64,000 bases of DNA from Asterias rubens (Eukaryota). A model generated the notes under the pieces. It was not told the origin of the DNA. It searched no databases and saw nothing but the letters and a program-made list of their open reading frames with translations. A program made the translations under genes and the position numbers. The first letter of the stretch is position 1. Each line of letters opens with the position of its first letter. Positions 1 to 11,638 of the stretch are shown piece by piece. The stretch is taken from the NCBI RefSeq assembly GCF_902459465.1, contig NC_047062.1:22940001-23004000 (forward strand), given 5' to 3'.

Positions 1-255
1 TTTTTATTTACTTATAATTTACTTGCAATGTAGCTATGCAAGACGAGCATCACAAATTAATTTGCATATTTATGGCAGAGTGGAAAAATGTATTATAATA
101 GTTGTCTACGCATTACATGTACCTTGAATCACTTAATCATGGAAAGCAAGATTTGAAACTTTTTTGTATTAATCAAGGAAAGTTGTATATTTTAATCATG
201 CAAATGCCAGATGAGGTACGTTCTGCTCCCATTCACTTTACATGTAAGTGTCCTG

Positions 256-545
256 GGTGGATTTCACAAAGAGTAATGACTAGTCTAGACTAGACTTATC
301 CTGACTTAGGACGAGTTACTTGTCCTAACTTAGGATGGGTTCAATGCGTCCTAACATCTTCAAATGCGGAACTGAACTCAACCCAAGTCCTAAGATTAAT
401 CCTAAGTTAGGTAGAGTCTGGTGAAATCGACGGCAGGAAAGAGTTAAGACTAGTCTTACCTCGAGTTAGGACGAGTTACTTGTCCTAACTTAGGACTAGC
501 AATAAGTTTTAAGTATCTCCTCCTAACTCTTTGTGAAATCTACCC
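256..545. mobile_element. Composite of CWG-flanked MITEs (GGGT(C/G)GATTTCACAAAGAG family)
   Basis: Termini GGTGGATTTCACAAAGAG and CTCTTTGTGAAATCTACCC|CTG; internal TTAGGAC/GTCCTAA subrepeats. Confidence 0.75.
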
Positions 546-1573
546 CTGGTCATTTGGCCAAGAACATGACATGTCTGTCCCAATTGTTCTGTGGGCCAGC
601 AGTCCTCAATCCTCCGCAAACAAATAACTTTCTGATGAGGATTTTGGTGGATTTCTGAGGATAAAATAAGGACATAGATAGCTGGCTTTTCTAGGATTGA
701 GGGGAGTATGATTTTTTTGAGACTTTACACCTCATGTAGTTCTCATGTTTGAAAACCTATACATCATAAGAATGTTTTGGGGTTTTGAACTATAATATTT
801 ATAGACAGAAACATTTCTCAGGTACTAAAACCAATTCTAGTGAAACCGTGCTTTCAAAGTAGTACTTTGGAATTATTCAGTTTTTAATCTCATCTTGGTT
901 TAAAAATTATATTATATGCTGAGCAACTAACATTCAGCTAAATATGAACACCAATAATAAGAAGATCAAATTAAGGCCAAGTAAGCTGTTTACATCGTTC
1001 CTCGTCAATTTCTGCTCATGGGCCAAATTTCATTTTGAAAAAAAGAAAAATCAAAGTTAGTGCTTTTAAGAATTTAGAGAGCAAACCACAAATACTAAGT
1101 TTAATACTTATTGGGTTATTTGTGTGTTTTGTTATCCTGACTAAGCAGCTAATATTATGGAAAGAATTACTGAATGAAAAATAACTGTAAAATAATGTGT
1201 AAACAATGTTAAAGAAGTTTATTTTTAGTTGATAATTCAGTGTTTAAGAATGAAATACAATTACCAATGCAATTTGAAAGAGTACTATAAAATGTCGACA
1301 CACACTCAAAAAGGCCTTTATTATACAGACTAATATCATGGAAGTTTCTTTGGTAGTCGGTAATTGTGACAGGTTTTTGTTTATTTTGTGCACTTACAAG
1401 TTTGAAGTTAAATGTGCTTTATTAGTTAAGGTTTTTTAAATTTGCTTGCTGAGTTCTAAATTTAATGTCATCCTTTGAGTGTTGGACCTGAAGCATACAG
1501 TTATGGTTTTTAAGTTAATATTACAGTAAATTAACGTAGTAATCACACAATTTCTTTCTGCAGGCTGTCTTAA

Positions 1574-1951
1574 AGGCAGTGGACACTATTGGTAATTACT
1601 CCAAATAATTATTAGCATACAACCTTACTTGGTAACAAGTAATGGGAAGAGGATGATAGTATAAAACATTGTGAGAAACGGCTCCCTCTGAAGTGACCTA
1701 GTTTTCAAGAAAGCAGTAATTTTCCACGAATTTGATTTTGAGACCTCAGATTAAGAACTTGACGTCTCAAAATCAAGCATCTGAAAGCACACAACTTCGT
1801 GTGACAAGGGTATTTTTCTTTCATTATTATCTTGCAACTTTCGACGACCAATTGAGCTGAAATTTTCACAGGTTGGTTATTTTATGCTTGGGTTGAGATA
1901 CACCATGTGAGAAGACTGGTCTTTGACAATTACCAATAGCGTCTAGTGTCT
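1574..1951. mobile_element. TTAA-flanked MITE family K1 (Kolobok/T2-like)
   Basis: TTAA|AGGCAGTGGACACTATTGGTAATT ... AATTACCAATAG.GTC.A.TG.CT|TTAA; about 380 bp; internal palindrome GATTT.GAGACCTCA...TGAGGTCTC.AAATC. Confidence 0.88.
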
Positions 1952-2168
1952 TTAACACACTGTATGTATGATTTGTGAATAAAAGATTTATTTTAGTTGT
2001 TAGGATAAGTTTATGTTATTTTTAACAATCAATAAACAAAATTCTCTCTGTAAAATAATCATGTAATTGGTAGAGAAATGGATTGATAAATTATATCATG
2101 TCATAAAAAGTATTTGTTGTACGATTCAGATTATTTTTAGTTTTTGTTTTGTTTTTTGTTTTGTTTAA

Positions 2169-2521
2169 AGGCCTGGACACCTTTGGTAATTGTCAAAGAC
2201 CAGTCTTCCAACTTGGTGTATCTCAAAATATAATGCATAAAATAACAAACCTGTGAAAATTTGAGCTGAATTGGTCATCGAAATTGTGAGAACATAATGT
2301 AAGAAAAAATGCCCTTGTCACACAAAGTTTTGCGCTTTCAGATGCTTGATTTCGAGACCTCAAAATCTAATTCTGAGGTCTCAAAACCACATTCGTGGAA
2401 AATTACTTCTTTCTCAAACACTATGCTAATTCAGAGGGAGCCGTTTATCACATTACTCATCACCAAGTGAGGTTTTATGCTAACAATTATTTTGAGTAAT
2501 TACCAATAGTGTCCACTGCCT
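2169..2521. mobile_element. K1 MITE, opposite orientation
   Basis: TTAA at 2165-68 and 2522-25; same TIRs. Confidence 0.88.
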
Positions 2522-2870
2522 TTAACGTATACATTATTATTATTTTGTTTTCAGTTTGTTTATTTATTTATTCATCATTGTTGCACACCTTTAAGGTTTA
2601 TTTAGGAAACTTAGTAAAACGCGCGGTGGCGCTATTTTGTTTTATTTGTCAAAATTTCAGTTGGCAAGTATTTCTCACAAGGTGGCGCTGTTTGAGTCCA
2701 CCGTTAAAAAGTTGTTAATTTTGATGAAAAGTTGGCGTTACACAGCGTGAGAAAAAGGAGACGTGGCACACATTCTTGCTACCAAATGGCTACTAAATCA
2801 AATACAGGTGAACATTTGGATCCCGACTTTTTCTTTGTAACTGTGGAAATCTGACTTTAAAAAACGTAAA

Positions 2871-2874
2871 ATGG
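2871..2874 (+). CDS. C19orf47: C19orf47 putative coding exon 1 (ATGG)
   Basis: aaaATGG|gtagtt; the phase-1 G joins AA of the next exon to give M-E-M-S-D-W. Alternative start is ATG 3387. Confidence 0.5.
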
Positions 2875-5800
2875 GTAGTTTTTGTGTTTATTGCCCGTGC
2901 ACCAGCGTACAAAAAAATCATAAACTAAACAGAATGCTTTTTATTATTTATGGTATGTCATTTCGCCCCATCCAAACTTACAACAAAGTCGCCCCCTTCA
3001 TACTCGGCCTCGACCAATCAATATTTAAAATTAAATAGTAATATTTCCTTCGGTTGTTTAAATTGAATGTTTGGAATAGACAGGTGCCCTGAGTACAATC
3101 AAATGATTGGAAACTCATAGTAAACCACCATTTCGCGTTGTAGGGACAGGGTTTCACTAGGGCACTAGTTACCACAGAAGTAAACATTTTGTTTAATAGA
3201 GGACAACACCCCAGTTACTGGTTCCACAAGAGGGTTAAGTTCACTAAGCACAAAGAAATCAAGCCCAAAGGATCTAACTATGTGCAATTGCAGACAAAAG
3301 CAAATGGGCACCACCCAAATAATTTGTTGGTCACCTATACCACTGATCTTACTTAAAAAATTAAAGGGTATCTTTGTTTTGCAGAAATGTCAGATTGGAT
3401 TAAGTTCTTCACTGCAGCAGGGATACCACCTGGTCCGGCAGCCAAGTACGCCATGACGTTCATGGACAACCGAATCCAGAAGAGCATGTTGATGGACCTG
3501 ACTAAGGAGTATCTGAAAGAAATGGGCGTTAGCGTCATGGGTGATGTTATATGCATCCTGAAGTATGCAAAGTCGGCCTACTCACAGGTAATTATCTGCG
3601 CCCAAAAATGTACTGTGGAAGTGTCGTGGCCGAGCATTCAAGAGCACCGAGTTCAAACTCTGGTTTTTCTGATCAGCAGAGTGTGTGTGTTGTGTAACGC
3701 ATGTAAAAGAACCCAGTGCACTTATCGAAAAGAGAAGGGGTTGTCCCCGGTGTTCCTGGCTGTGGCTGCTGTATGCGCCCAAGCACCTTGTAAACTCTTA
3801 TAAGGTGCTATATAGTTGGGTCTCAGAATTCATTACTGCAATAACCTATCTTTCTGAAAGTTTATATACTCAGCACCTTGAGTACCTTGTTTGGTATCTC
3901 CGATGCTATATAAAACCTCACTATTATTATTATTACTCCTGAAAAGAAAAGATTTTCTTAACAACACTGGACTGTATTGGTAGTCGACTGAAAAGGGATT
4001 GTGGCTTTTTTGTCACACTACAGCACTGACTCATTACTATCCTTTGGTTTATACTGTGCTGGAATGTACAGCGTATATAAACTTTGGTTGAATTTGTTTT
4101 GTCTTCATTGCATCTGATGAAGTAGTTATTGCTCTGAAAGCTAATGCATATTTATTACTGTAGTTAGTTAACATTGTTACTATAATACTATTTATTACTT
4201 ACTGTGCTACACAGATATTATTAGCAGGCAAACATACACATCGTCGTAAATGCGCATTACACAATATTATACACAGGAAAACACACTCAAGGTTTGTTGT
4301 TGTGATGATGTCAGTTGAATTGAGTCAATTGATGATTGTTGTGTTTCTTTTTATTTCAATGGACAGTATGAAAGAGATAGGCCTATCCTAGAAGCCATGC
4401 CTCAACCACAAGATGGCAAAATAGAACTCAAACGACAAACAACTCGTGAGTATTAGCATTATTTCTTTCAAACGCATAACTTATATTTCCTGACTGTTGT
4501 TGCTTTTTCGTGTGCATTTTGTGTCCATATATCATGTTATAGGATTTGAGGCATGGTGAGGTATCAATATATATTTGATTTGCGGTAACACCATGTGTGT
4601 ATCTACTTGCCAGGTAGAGTTGGCAAGTAGATACACACATGGTGTTACCGCAAACCAAATATATACCATGTTAACCTGCTACTTGTGTACCATTTGACAT
4701 ACTGCTTTGTCCCAAAGGAATTGTTCTTTGCAAAATGGAAACAACCATGCCCTATCAATTTCCAGGCCTGCACTTATAGCTTTCTAATACTCTTACTGTA
4801 TGTATCTGTTACTGCAGCTGGCAACCGTATGTTGGAGCATTACATGCGTAGGGAAGGCATTCTGGAAGAGAATCCTAAGGTTAAGGTCTCCACAGCCATG
4901 GCCACCCGACTTGGAGCTGTTCCCACCACAGGTATCCAGAAAGTTTCATTTTGATATTGTTGGAGTAATGAAAGGCCAGGGCTAAATTTCATGGCTCTGT
5001 TTACCACCGAATTCTACGCTTACGATCACAATTCTCTGCTTACTGTGCAAGCGGTGAATTTATGCGGTAGCTGTGTTAGTGACAGGCCTGAATGCCTCAA
5101 TTTTGAAAGGGCAAGGGCACACTATGAGGAAATGATTAATTTCCTCTGGAGCATTTCAAGGGCACCAAGGAAATGACCTGGGGGCACAGAGGCAATCGCC
5201 TTTGTTGCCTCCGTGAAGTATCGGGCCTGAAGTGAAGACTGCCTAGAACAGGGATTGTGCATGCGCACAAGCAAAAGATTCCCTGCTAACCTGTGAAGCA
5301 GTAGAGCACTGTAGTAATGTTTTGTCGTTCATCGAGTCTGGGTTTTTGACAATAATGTCTCAGCGCAAGATCCAGGGCTCAAAAATTACACTGGACCACA
5401 GGTCCAAGGCCAGTGATTTAAGCATTGGGCAAGTAAACTCATGACTGGACTAAATCTCATAACCAGAATTGAATAATTATAAAAGTTAAGGTTTCTGGGC
5501 AAAATATCAAGAACTAAACATCTGTGTTAACACAAAACTAAGCGGTTTGACTTTTTTTTTTCCACTTCCAAGGCTCCAAGAAGAATGCGATGGGGATACC
5601 TGGATCAGTGGAGGTCATCCCAGTCAAGAAGGCACGCAGGGTACCCCCAGAGGAAGAGGGCTCTTACATCATCTCCCTGCCCAAGGGAAGCACAGAACGT
5701 ACTAAGAAGATCCTAGGCCAGAAGGCCAAAGGTGGGTCAATAATTCTAGTCACGGTATCATGTTAGGAACTTTAAGGCCTTGTCACCCGAGGCAACTTTT

Positions 5801-8124
5801 ACAGGCAACTTGGAGGCAACCAACTGCAATGCATGCTTCAGGACCACCTTGGTAGCACATGAGTAATTTTTCAAACAATGTCTTCTCGTTTCCAAGGAAT
5901 GTATGTGGACATTCAAGTGTGAAAGAATTATCTTCTTGAAGATTGGCTGGAACGGGTTGCCTGTAAATTGCCTCATGTGACATGGGCCTAAGACTGAACA
6001 ATATGGGCCCAATATCATAGAGCTGCTTAAGCACAAAATGTAGCTAAGCACAAAACAGTTTTATTTGTAAGAATTAGGTTACCAAGCATGTTTTACCAAT
6101 ATACATGTATCATCATTTTGACTGGTTTCCTGATCGACTTGATGGAATCGGGCCCAGTGATGTTTGAATTCTTCATGATGTACCCCCAATAGATTCATTA
6201 CCTTAATTAAAAGGGTGTCGTGGCCGAGCGGATAAGAGCACCGAACTCACGCTCTGGTTCTTCTGTTCAGCAGAGTGTGGGTTCAAATCCTGGTCGTGAC
6301 ACTTGTGTCCCTGAGCAAGACACTTGACTAAAATTGCTTCTCTCCACCCAGGGGTAAATGGGTGCCCGTGAGGGCAGAGATGGTTCTTGTGATTGGTTTA
6401 GACGAGTAGCGCTTATTAATGTTGTACAGGCTGTGAACTCCCCAGGGAGCTGAGATGGTTTAAGGAATGAATTAAGGCCCAGTGACCAGGGGTAATAATC
6501 TTGGAAGCGCTTTGAGAAGCCCTTATAAAAACTGGTTATTATTATTATTTTTAATAAGCCGATTAAGACAAGTAACAACTGTGACTTTTGCACCCTACGT
6601 TATAGTGTAAACAAGATTGTGTGTTTAGCATGTGGCGCACTCATTGATTGAGGGCGGGGAAAAACTGCTTGTTTTGATCAGGTTTCAATATTTTTCTCAA
6701 ATATCTCCAAACTCCCCATAGTCGGAGTGTTTGCACGACTAGGTGCTGGTTCATCTGGTGCAGCAGCAGTTGGAACCACTTCATCAGCAGGAATTATTGC
6801 CGCCAAAGCAACAACAGCAAGTACAGGGAAAAAGGTAAACGTTTGAAACATTTCTACACCTGTCCTGTCCTCGGGCTCTGTTTCTCGAAGGATCGTATTG
6901 CATGTGATGCCCAACAGTTATCCGACAAGCGTGTTCTAATAGATTTGACTACCAGTATGTATTAATTGCGTAAATTAGTACCTATGTCTATGTTTAAACA
7001 CTCCTTACCATGTTTAAACATGGCAATGTGACCTCTTCTCAACCAATCAGAGCGTCCCAGGTATTTATGGATAGATGTTAAATTGCTTTAGACATAAAGA
7101 GTATCTATGTGAAAAGTATCTGTCAAAGGAAATTTCATTACCAAAAATCCATTTAGACCCACTATCATTGGTTTCTGGCACAAAAGTTCCTTTTTACAGC
7201 AAGTTCTACTGTATTGCAAAAGTCAGATTATAATTCACAAGAGATTTACCATTTGTTTACCTTTTTTTATCTTAGGCTGGCTCCCCGAATGTGTTCAATC
7301 GACTCGGTGGGCAGAACACAATACCGTCTCCGCCCTCAAGTCCAGTACTCCAGTACCACGGAGTACTGAAGAGCCCTCCTCAGCCTTCACCTACTCCGAA
7401 GGTCACGATCACAGCTGCCGCTAAAGCTAAGAAGATTTCAGCAGTACAAGAGCGTCTAGGAGTCCAGCGACCAGAGGTGTCTACCACAACGACCTCCCAT
7501 ATGGATACAGTGGGTTTGAAACACAGCCTTCAAGCTCGTTTGGGCGGTCAGAAAAATGAGACGTCACCAGGTGCCTCTCAAAAAATGACAATCACGTTTG
7601 GCAATGACGGTGCGCCTACTGGTAGCAAGAAGTCGGCAGGAATCATGTCGAGACTGGGGGCCCAGAAGGATGATCCCCCATCGCCGAAGTTGAAGCAGAT
7701 GATATCGCTGAAGCCAGGTGTCGCGAAACGTCTCGGTGACAAGAGGAACTCTCCAAAGGTTACTGCAAAGACAAAGGCCACTTCTAGTGGGGTCATGGCA
7801 AGGTTAGGGCAAAAACAGGGCACTACGGCGACAGTGACTCTACCAGCAACTCCAGCAGGCAGGCTGCAGAAACGACTTGGGCTGCCAGTCAAGAGCGCCA
7901 CCACCCCAAAGAGCTCCATGAAAGAACGTCTCGGTCTTCAGAAGGCTGAAGCTAGCTCTACAACGCCGTCGTTTACGGTAACCTTGGGAACCACCCCTAC
8001 CAGTCAGAAGTCACCAGGTTCATCAAGGAAGAGGAAGAGAAAAGCCGGCGGAGCTCAGGTTCAAACTTCTCTAAGATCAGTCGCCATGGGCCAGGATGTA
8101 TTTAGCAGACTGGGCTCGGGGTAA
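2871..8124 (+). CDS. C19orf47: C19orf47 homologue (N-terminal SAM-like domain, conserved central block, low-complexity RLG-repeat tail); join(2871..2874,3385..3587,4367..4445,4818..4931,5573..5731,6722..6834,7276..8124) = 1521 nt, 506 aa
   Basis: Translation (ME)MSDWIKFFTAAGIPPGPAAKYAMTFMDNRIQKSMLMDLTKEYLKEMGVSVMGDVICILKYAK and RRVPPEEEGSYIISLPKGSTERTKKIL resemble human C19orf47 as I recall it (WIQFFKEAGIPPGPAVNYAVMFVDNRIQKSMLLDL; KYVINMPKGTTPRTRKIL). All six introns are GT-AG and phases (1,0,1,1,1,0) give one uninterrupted ORF. Confidence 0.9.
3385..3587 (+). CDS. C19orf47: C19orf47 coding exon 2 (SAM-like domain)
   Basis: tttgcag| acceptor, CAG|gtaatt donor; MSDWIKFF...SAYSQ. Confidence 0.92.
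3617..3935 (+). mobile_element. SINE type A1 with internal deletion
   Basis: Same head and tail as 23844-24265; segment between two GTGTG tracts is missing; (TAT)n tail. Confidence 0.85.
4367..4445 (+). CDS. C19orf47: C19orf47 coding exon 3
   Basis: ggacag| ... C|gtgagt; YERDRPILEAMPQPQDGKIELKRQTT; 79 nt bridges phase 0 to phase 1. Confidence 0.8.
4818..4931 (+). CDS. C19orf47: C19orf47 coding exon 4
   Basis: actgcag| ... G|gtatcc; GNRMLEHYMRREGILEENPKVKVSTAMATRLGAVPTT. Confidence 0.85.
5573..5731 (+). CDS. C19orf47: C19orf47 coding exon 5
   Basis: ttccaag| ... G|gtgggt; ...KKARRVPPEEEGSYIISLPKGSTERTKKILGQKAK. Confidence 0.9.
6213..6549 (+). mobile_element. tRNA-derived SINE, body type A2
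   Basis: Same head as A1, then CTCTCCACCCAGGGGTAAATGGGT...GAGGGCAGAGATGGTTCTTGTG...CTCCCCAGGGAG; (TAT)n tail. Confidence 0.87.
6722..6834 (+). CDS. C19orf47: C19orf47 coding exon 6
   Basis: ccccatag| ... AAG|gtaaac; GVFARLGAGSSGAAAVGTTSS...GKK. Confidence 0.85.
7276..8124 (+). CDS. C19orf47: C19orf47 terminal coding exon 7
   Basis: tatcttag| acceptor; 849 nt in frame with the track ORF 7291..8124; nine RLG motifs, RKRKRK basic patch, TAA stop. Confidence 0.92.
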   Translation, partial: AGSPNVFNRLGGQNTIPSPPSSPVLQYHGVLKSPPQPSPTPKVTITAAAKAKKISAVQERLGVQRPEVSTTTTSHMDTVGLKHSLQARLGGQKNETSPGASQKMTITFGNDGAPTGSKKSAGIMSRLGAQKDDPPSPKLKQMISLKPGVAKRLGDKRNSPKVTAKTKATSSGVMARLGQKQGTTATVTLPATPAGRLQKRLGLPVKSATTPKSSMKERLGLQKAEASSTTPSFTVTLGTTPTSQKSPGSSRKRKRKAGGAQVQTSLRSVAMGQDVFSRLGSG

Positions 8125-8183
8125 TGCAACGTAATTGAGTGTAGATTTTATGATGTTTATAATGTGTGTATGCTTAGAATTAG

Positions 8184-8280
8184 AGGCACTGTACACCTTT
8201 GGTAACTTGCCAAATACCAGTATTCTAAGTAAAGTTTCATGGTAATAGTTATTTTGAGTAATTACCAATAGTGTCCAAAA
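8184..8280. mobile_element. K1 MITE, internally deleted remnant
   Basis: Both TIR-proximal ends joined. Confidence 0.55.
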
Positions 8281-8343
8281 GTGCTTCTGCTATGCATTTA
8301 AATACAGGAACAAAAAGTTGTTTTTGTTCACCTCACAGCTCTG

Positions 8344-8557
8344 GGCCCACTTTTATGGCTTTGCTTACCGCCGATTCTGCGGTTACGATCACCGTACTTA
8401 ATGTGCAAGCGCCAAATTTCTGCGCTAGCTGTATAAGGGAAGAATGCCTAGTAACATGGAGTCCGCTAGTGTGTGAAATACACTTGAAGTATTCATGGAA
8501 TTCTCTCTGTAAGCACTGCTTCTTTGCTTGCTGTAAGCAGAGCCATGAAATAGGGCC
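8344..8557. mobile_element. GGCCC-terminal MITE (GGCCCAATTTCATGGCTCTGCTTAC family)
   Basis: CTG|GGCCC...GGGCC|CAG; partial relatives at about 4979-5080, 11704-11775, 23620-23712, 55735-55949. Confidence 0.75.
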
Positions 8558-8744
8558 CAGATGTTATTATCACTCATTTCTTAGCATAATTTCAAGCAAA
8601 CTTAACTGCCTTCGTTCAGGGAAACAAATTACAATGTACAGTATAGGGTCCTCCTTCTAGTGTTGCCCGTTTTTACAGCACAGAGTACCAGATGAGGGTT
8701 GTAAGCAGCTTATTAAAAGAAAGTACAACCATCAGTGCTTCCAG

Positions 8745-8985
8745 GGCCCAATTTTATAGAGCTGCTTAACACAACAATTTGCTTAGCATGAAATTTCTTC
8801 CTTGATAAAAACAGGATTACCCAAAAAAATTCCACCAGATTTTCCGGATAATCAAACAACCGCTGAATACCAGTTACCACGCAACATGCAACAAATGGAA
8901 ATTTGGTTGGTAATCCTGTTTTTATCAAGGAAGAAATTTCATGCTAAACAAATTTTTGTGCTTAGCAGCTCTATGAAATTGGGCC
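8745..8985. mobile_element. GGCCC-terminal MITE (GGCCCAATTTCATAGAGCTGCT family) with long TIRs
   Basis: Arms GCTTAGCATGAAATTTCTTCCTTGATAAAAACAGGATTACC / GGTAATCCTGTTTTTATCAAGGAAGAAATTTCATGCTAAAC; relatives at about 6006-6154, 14378-14536, 43430-43617. Confidence 0.85.
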
Positions 8986-10209
8986 CATATCAGATAAGCT
9001 TTTGTTGATTTTTTTTTAACAGGTGATATATGAGGAAAAACTAACACATTAGAGCCTGTCACAATCTGGTTTTGTTGTTGTTTTATAGGAGGGGGGAGGG
9101 AAAAAAAACTACGACCATCTATATTTGGTTGTTTTTCATTCATTATTGTAAAAATGTCAGAGAGAGGATGAATTTTAACAGCATTTATTGTCAAATTTTG
9201 TTTATGGCAAGAAAGAAACAAAATACTGTTACTGATGAAATTGACATTGTTGTATTCTTTACTGACAGAATTAACACACATTACAGCAGGAGTAAGTTAG
9301 TTTCTATCTAATTCACAAAGAAACATAAAAGCGGGTGTGTTGCAGTATGTAAATATAGTTCTTTTACTTAAAACAAGTTTTTATTTATGTCTGTTTTACA
9401 ATCCATTGAATGCATTTTACAGTACTAGTTCGGCTGACAACCCCACTAATGTTGTGTTAGGAATTAAAATTGTCTCATAGTGCATGCAGAGACTATCAGG
9501 TTTGTGGCTCTATACCATGCATGATATTCTTTCTGTTTTAAAATGATTTCCTTTTTTTGTTCTCCCCCCTCCATCTACAGTAAGTTTTTTAACAGTGGAA
9601 AAAAACAACTCTGTTTCTTGGAGTTTGAAAACTTTCTTGTCAAAACGTGTTATCTCACTTGAAATAACCCGGATATACAAAAACAAGAAATCCGTGCAGA
9701 GATATAGCGATTTTGCAAAGAGTGTTTTCGTGGAAATACCACAATGTGAAATAGTGTCACAAAGTGTTGGCTTATTGGCCTGGAATGTTGTACCCCTGTC
9801 CCTCGGCTAAAATAATAATCAGATTGGTTTTAAGGAAAGTACACCATTAATTTTTTAGAAACAAACCATAACTTTGCCAGAGCAGATTTCAGAAAGGACT
9901 TTATCCTATGGATAACAATTCTGTACTTTATTTTTTACAAATGCATGCTCCCAGTTAAACCAATGTTTAGGTTTATGTTGACTTTGTCACTTGGTGTGAT
10001 TAAACATTTCTGATTAGAAGAGGAAAATAAAATAATCTTTCTTTCAAGGTTTTGGTTGATACATTGTTGCACTCACTTTTTTATATCCTATGTTTCTCTG
10101 CATGATGTTTGGATTGGCCCACAAACCCCAACTCCCTACATGTTTTGCTAGCGACTGGCCCATTAAATCCCTTCAAAATTAAGATGTTGGCGAACTTGGG
10201 ACAGGGTGG

Positions 10210-11131
10210 CATCACACTTTGCTTAGCAATTAAGATCAATTCTCAGTTAAGAGCATAATCTCAGTTTTTTTGATGAGCACTAAATACAGGTGAATGACCC
10301 CCATAATTTAATTTTATTCTTCTAAAAGTAGAAGAAGCCACTTATTATGGGGTCATTGACCTGTTGAAAGTCTTTAGTCTGGTTCCTCCTAGCTAGCTGG
10401 TCATGTCCAACTACCCCCCAATGTTTCAGTCGTACACACGTGTGTAATGTGTTGGTTGGCGATTTTCCAGACGGCAATGCCATGGCCAGGCGATATATAA
10501 TCGGTAAAGCGACCAATGACCGCAAGCGACCAGTCACTGTAAATGATCCTTTGGTGGATTTGTTTTCTTTATAAGACACTAATAATCAGAATTTCTTTAT
10601 TCTGTGCTACTCATAATCATCCGATCATTAAACCAGTATGTTTCTACGAAAGAGATGAATGCCAGCTTGGTGTTAATTTCCTTTTGTGGGAGATATTTGC
10701 TGGGTTCCTTTGACAGGAAGATCATCAATTTAAGCAAAACACAAAACTACAAAAGGCAAATAAGAAAGAAACCCTTGGGGCTTGATTAAACAAAAAGCAC
10801 TAAGAAGAGTTTTCTGAAGAATTGTTTCAAAATCACCAGTGTCTTTTTTTTATGACATCGCACTTCCCTTAGCAATTAATATCAGTTTGCAGTTAAGAGT
10901 TTAATCTGAGCTTTCTGATGAGCAGTAAATACAGGTCATTGACCCCATAATTTAATTCTATTCCTCTAAAATTAGAAGAAGCCACTATTATGGGGTCATT
11001 GACCTGTTGAAAGTTTTAGTCTGGTCCCTCCTAGCTAGCTGGTCATGCCCCACTACCCCCCCCCCCCCATGTTTCAGTCGTACACACGTGCATAATGTGT
11101 TGGTTGACGATCGTCCAGACAGCAATGCCAT
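10210..11131 (+). repeat. Direct duplication of a 275-bp module (10210-10483 and 10856-11131)
   Basis: Alignable along its whole length; each copy contains a 20-bp inverted repeat. Confidence 0.9.
10933..11005. promoter_or_regulatory. Paired IR1 nuclear-receptor-type elements (AGGTCAtTGACCC and GGGTCAtTGACCT); second pair at 10288-10362
   Basis: Motif match to RGGTCA-N-TGACCY only; function untested. Confidence 0.35.
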
Positions 11132-11505
11132 CCGCGAAACGACCGACACCGCGATAAATCCAGCCGAGCGGCTACTAGTTACCTACTGTTTTTACAATGT
11201 AAATGATCTGCGGTTCGGCCGTCCTTGAAAAATTTAAGACGCTTCGACGAGCAATCGATTGTCCGCTAAAGTTTGGACCACTTGGAAAGAGGGTTCTGAC
11301 TGACAAACAAGCAGCTGTCTGTGCTCGTTTTTGTAAGTACAACTTTCACTGTCAAGATGTCATGGCCGGGGGAGAGGTGATAAACAAAAGAAAAATTATA
11401 AAAAGTGTTCAATATTTTAGCCATTTCGCTTCGGGATTTAAAAAATCTATTTTCCGGATTATTTTCAGTCAAAAGCTTTTTTTTCATAGTAGTGGGTTAG
11501 TCTCA

Positions 11506-11638
11506 TAACTTTCCGTACAGCGCCACCACTTTTTCACTAATTTTTACAAAAATTGATACATTCTCATTGAGGTAAATTAAATACTATATTATTTCATATC
11601 GAATGAAAAAGTGGTGGCGCCATTCGGAAACTTTTCCG
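11506..11638. mobile_element. Short MITE with TTTCCGTA.GGCGCCACCACTTTTTCA TIRs
   Basis: Palindromic ends; reverse-complement copy at 40292-40421. Confidence 0.8.

Noticed and set aside
3588-3803. C-terminal extension of track ORF 3387..3803
   Set aside because: Beyond the donor at 3588 it translates intronic SINE sequence.
6213-6300. tRNA genes at SINE heads (also 20658, 24180-24265, 26695-26782, 45790-45878)
   Set aside because: A and B boxes are present but the sequences continue into shared SINE bodies and tails and do not give a clean cloverleaf.
7578-7919. Antisense 113-aa ORF
   Set aside because: Shadow of the C19orf47 last exon; no independent features.
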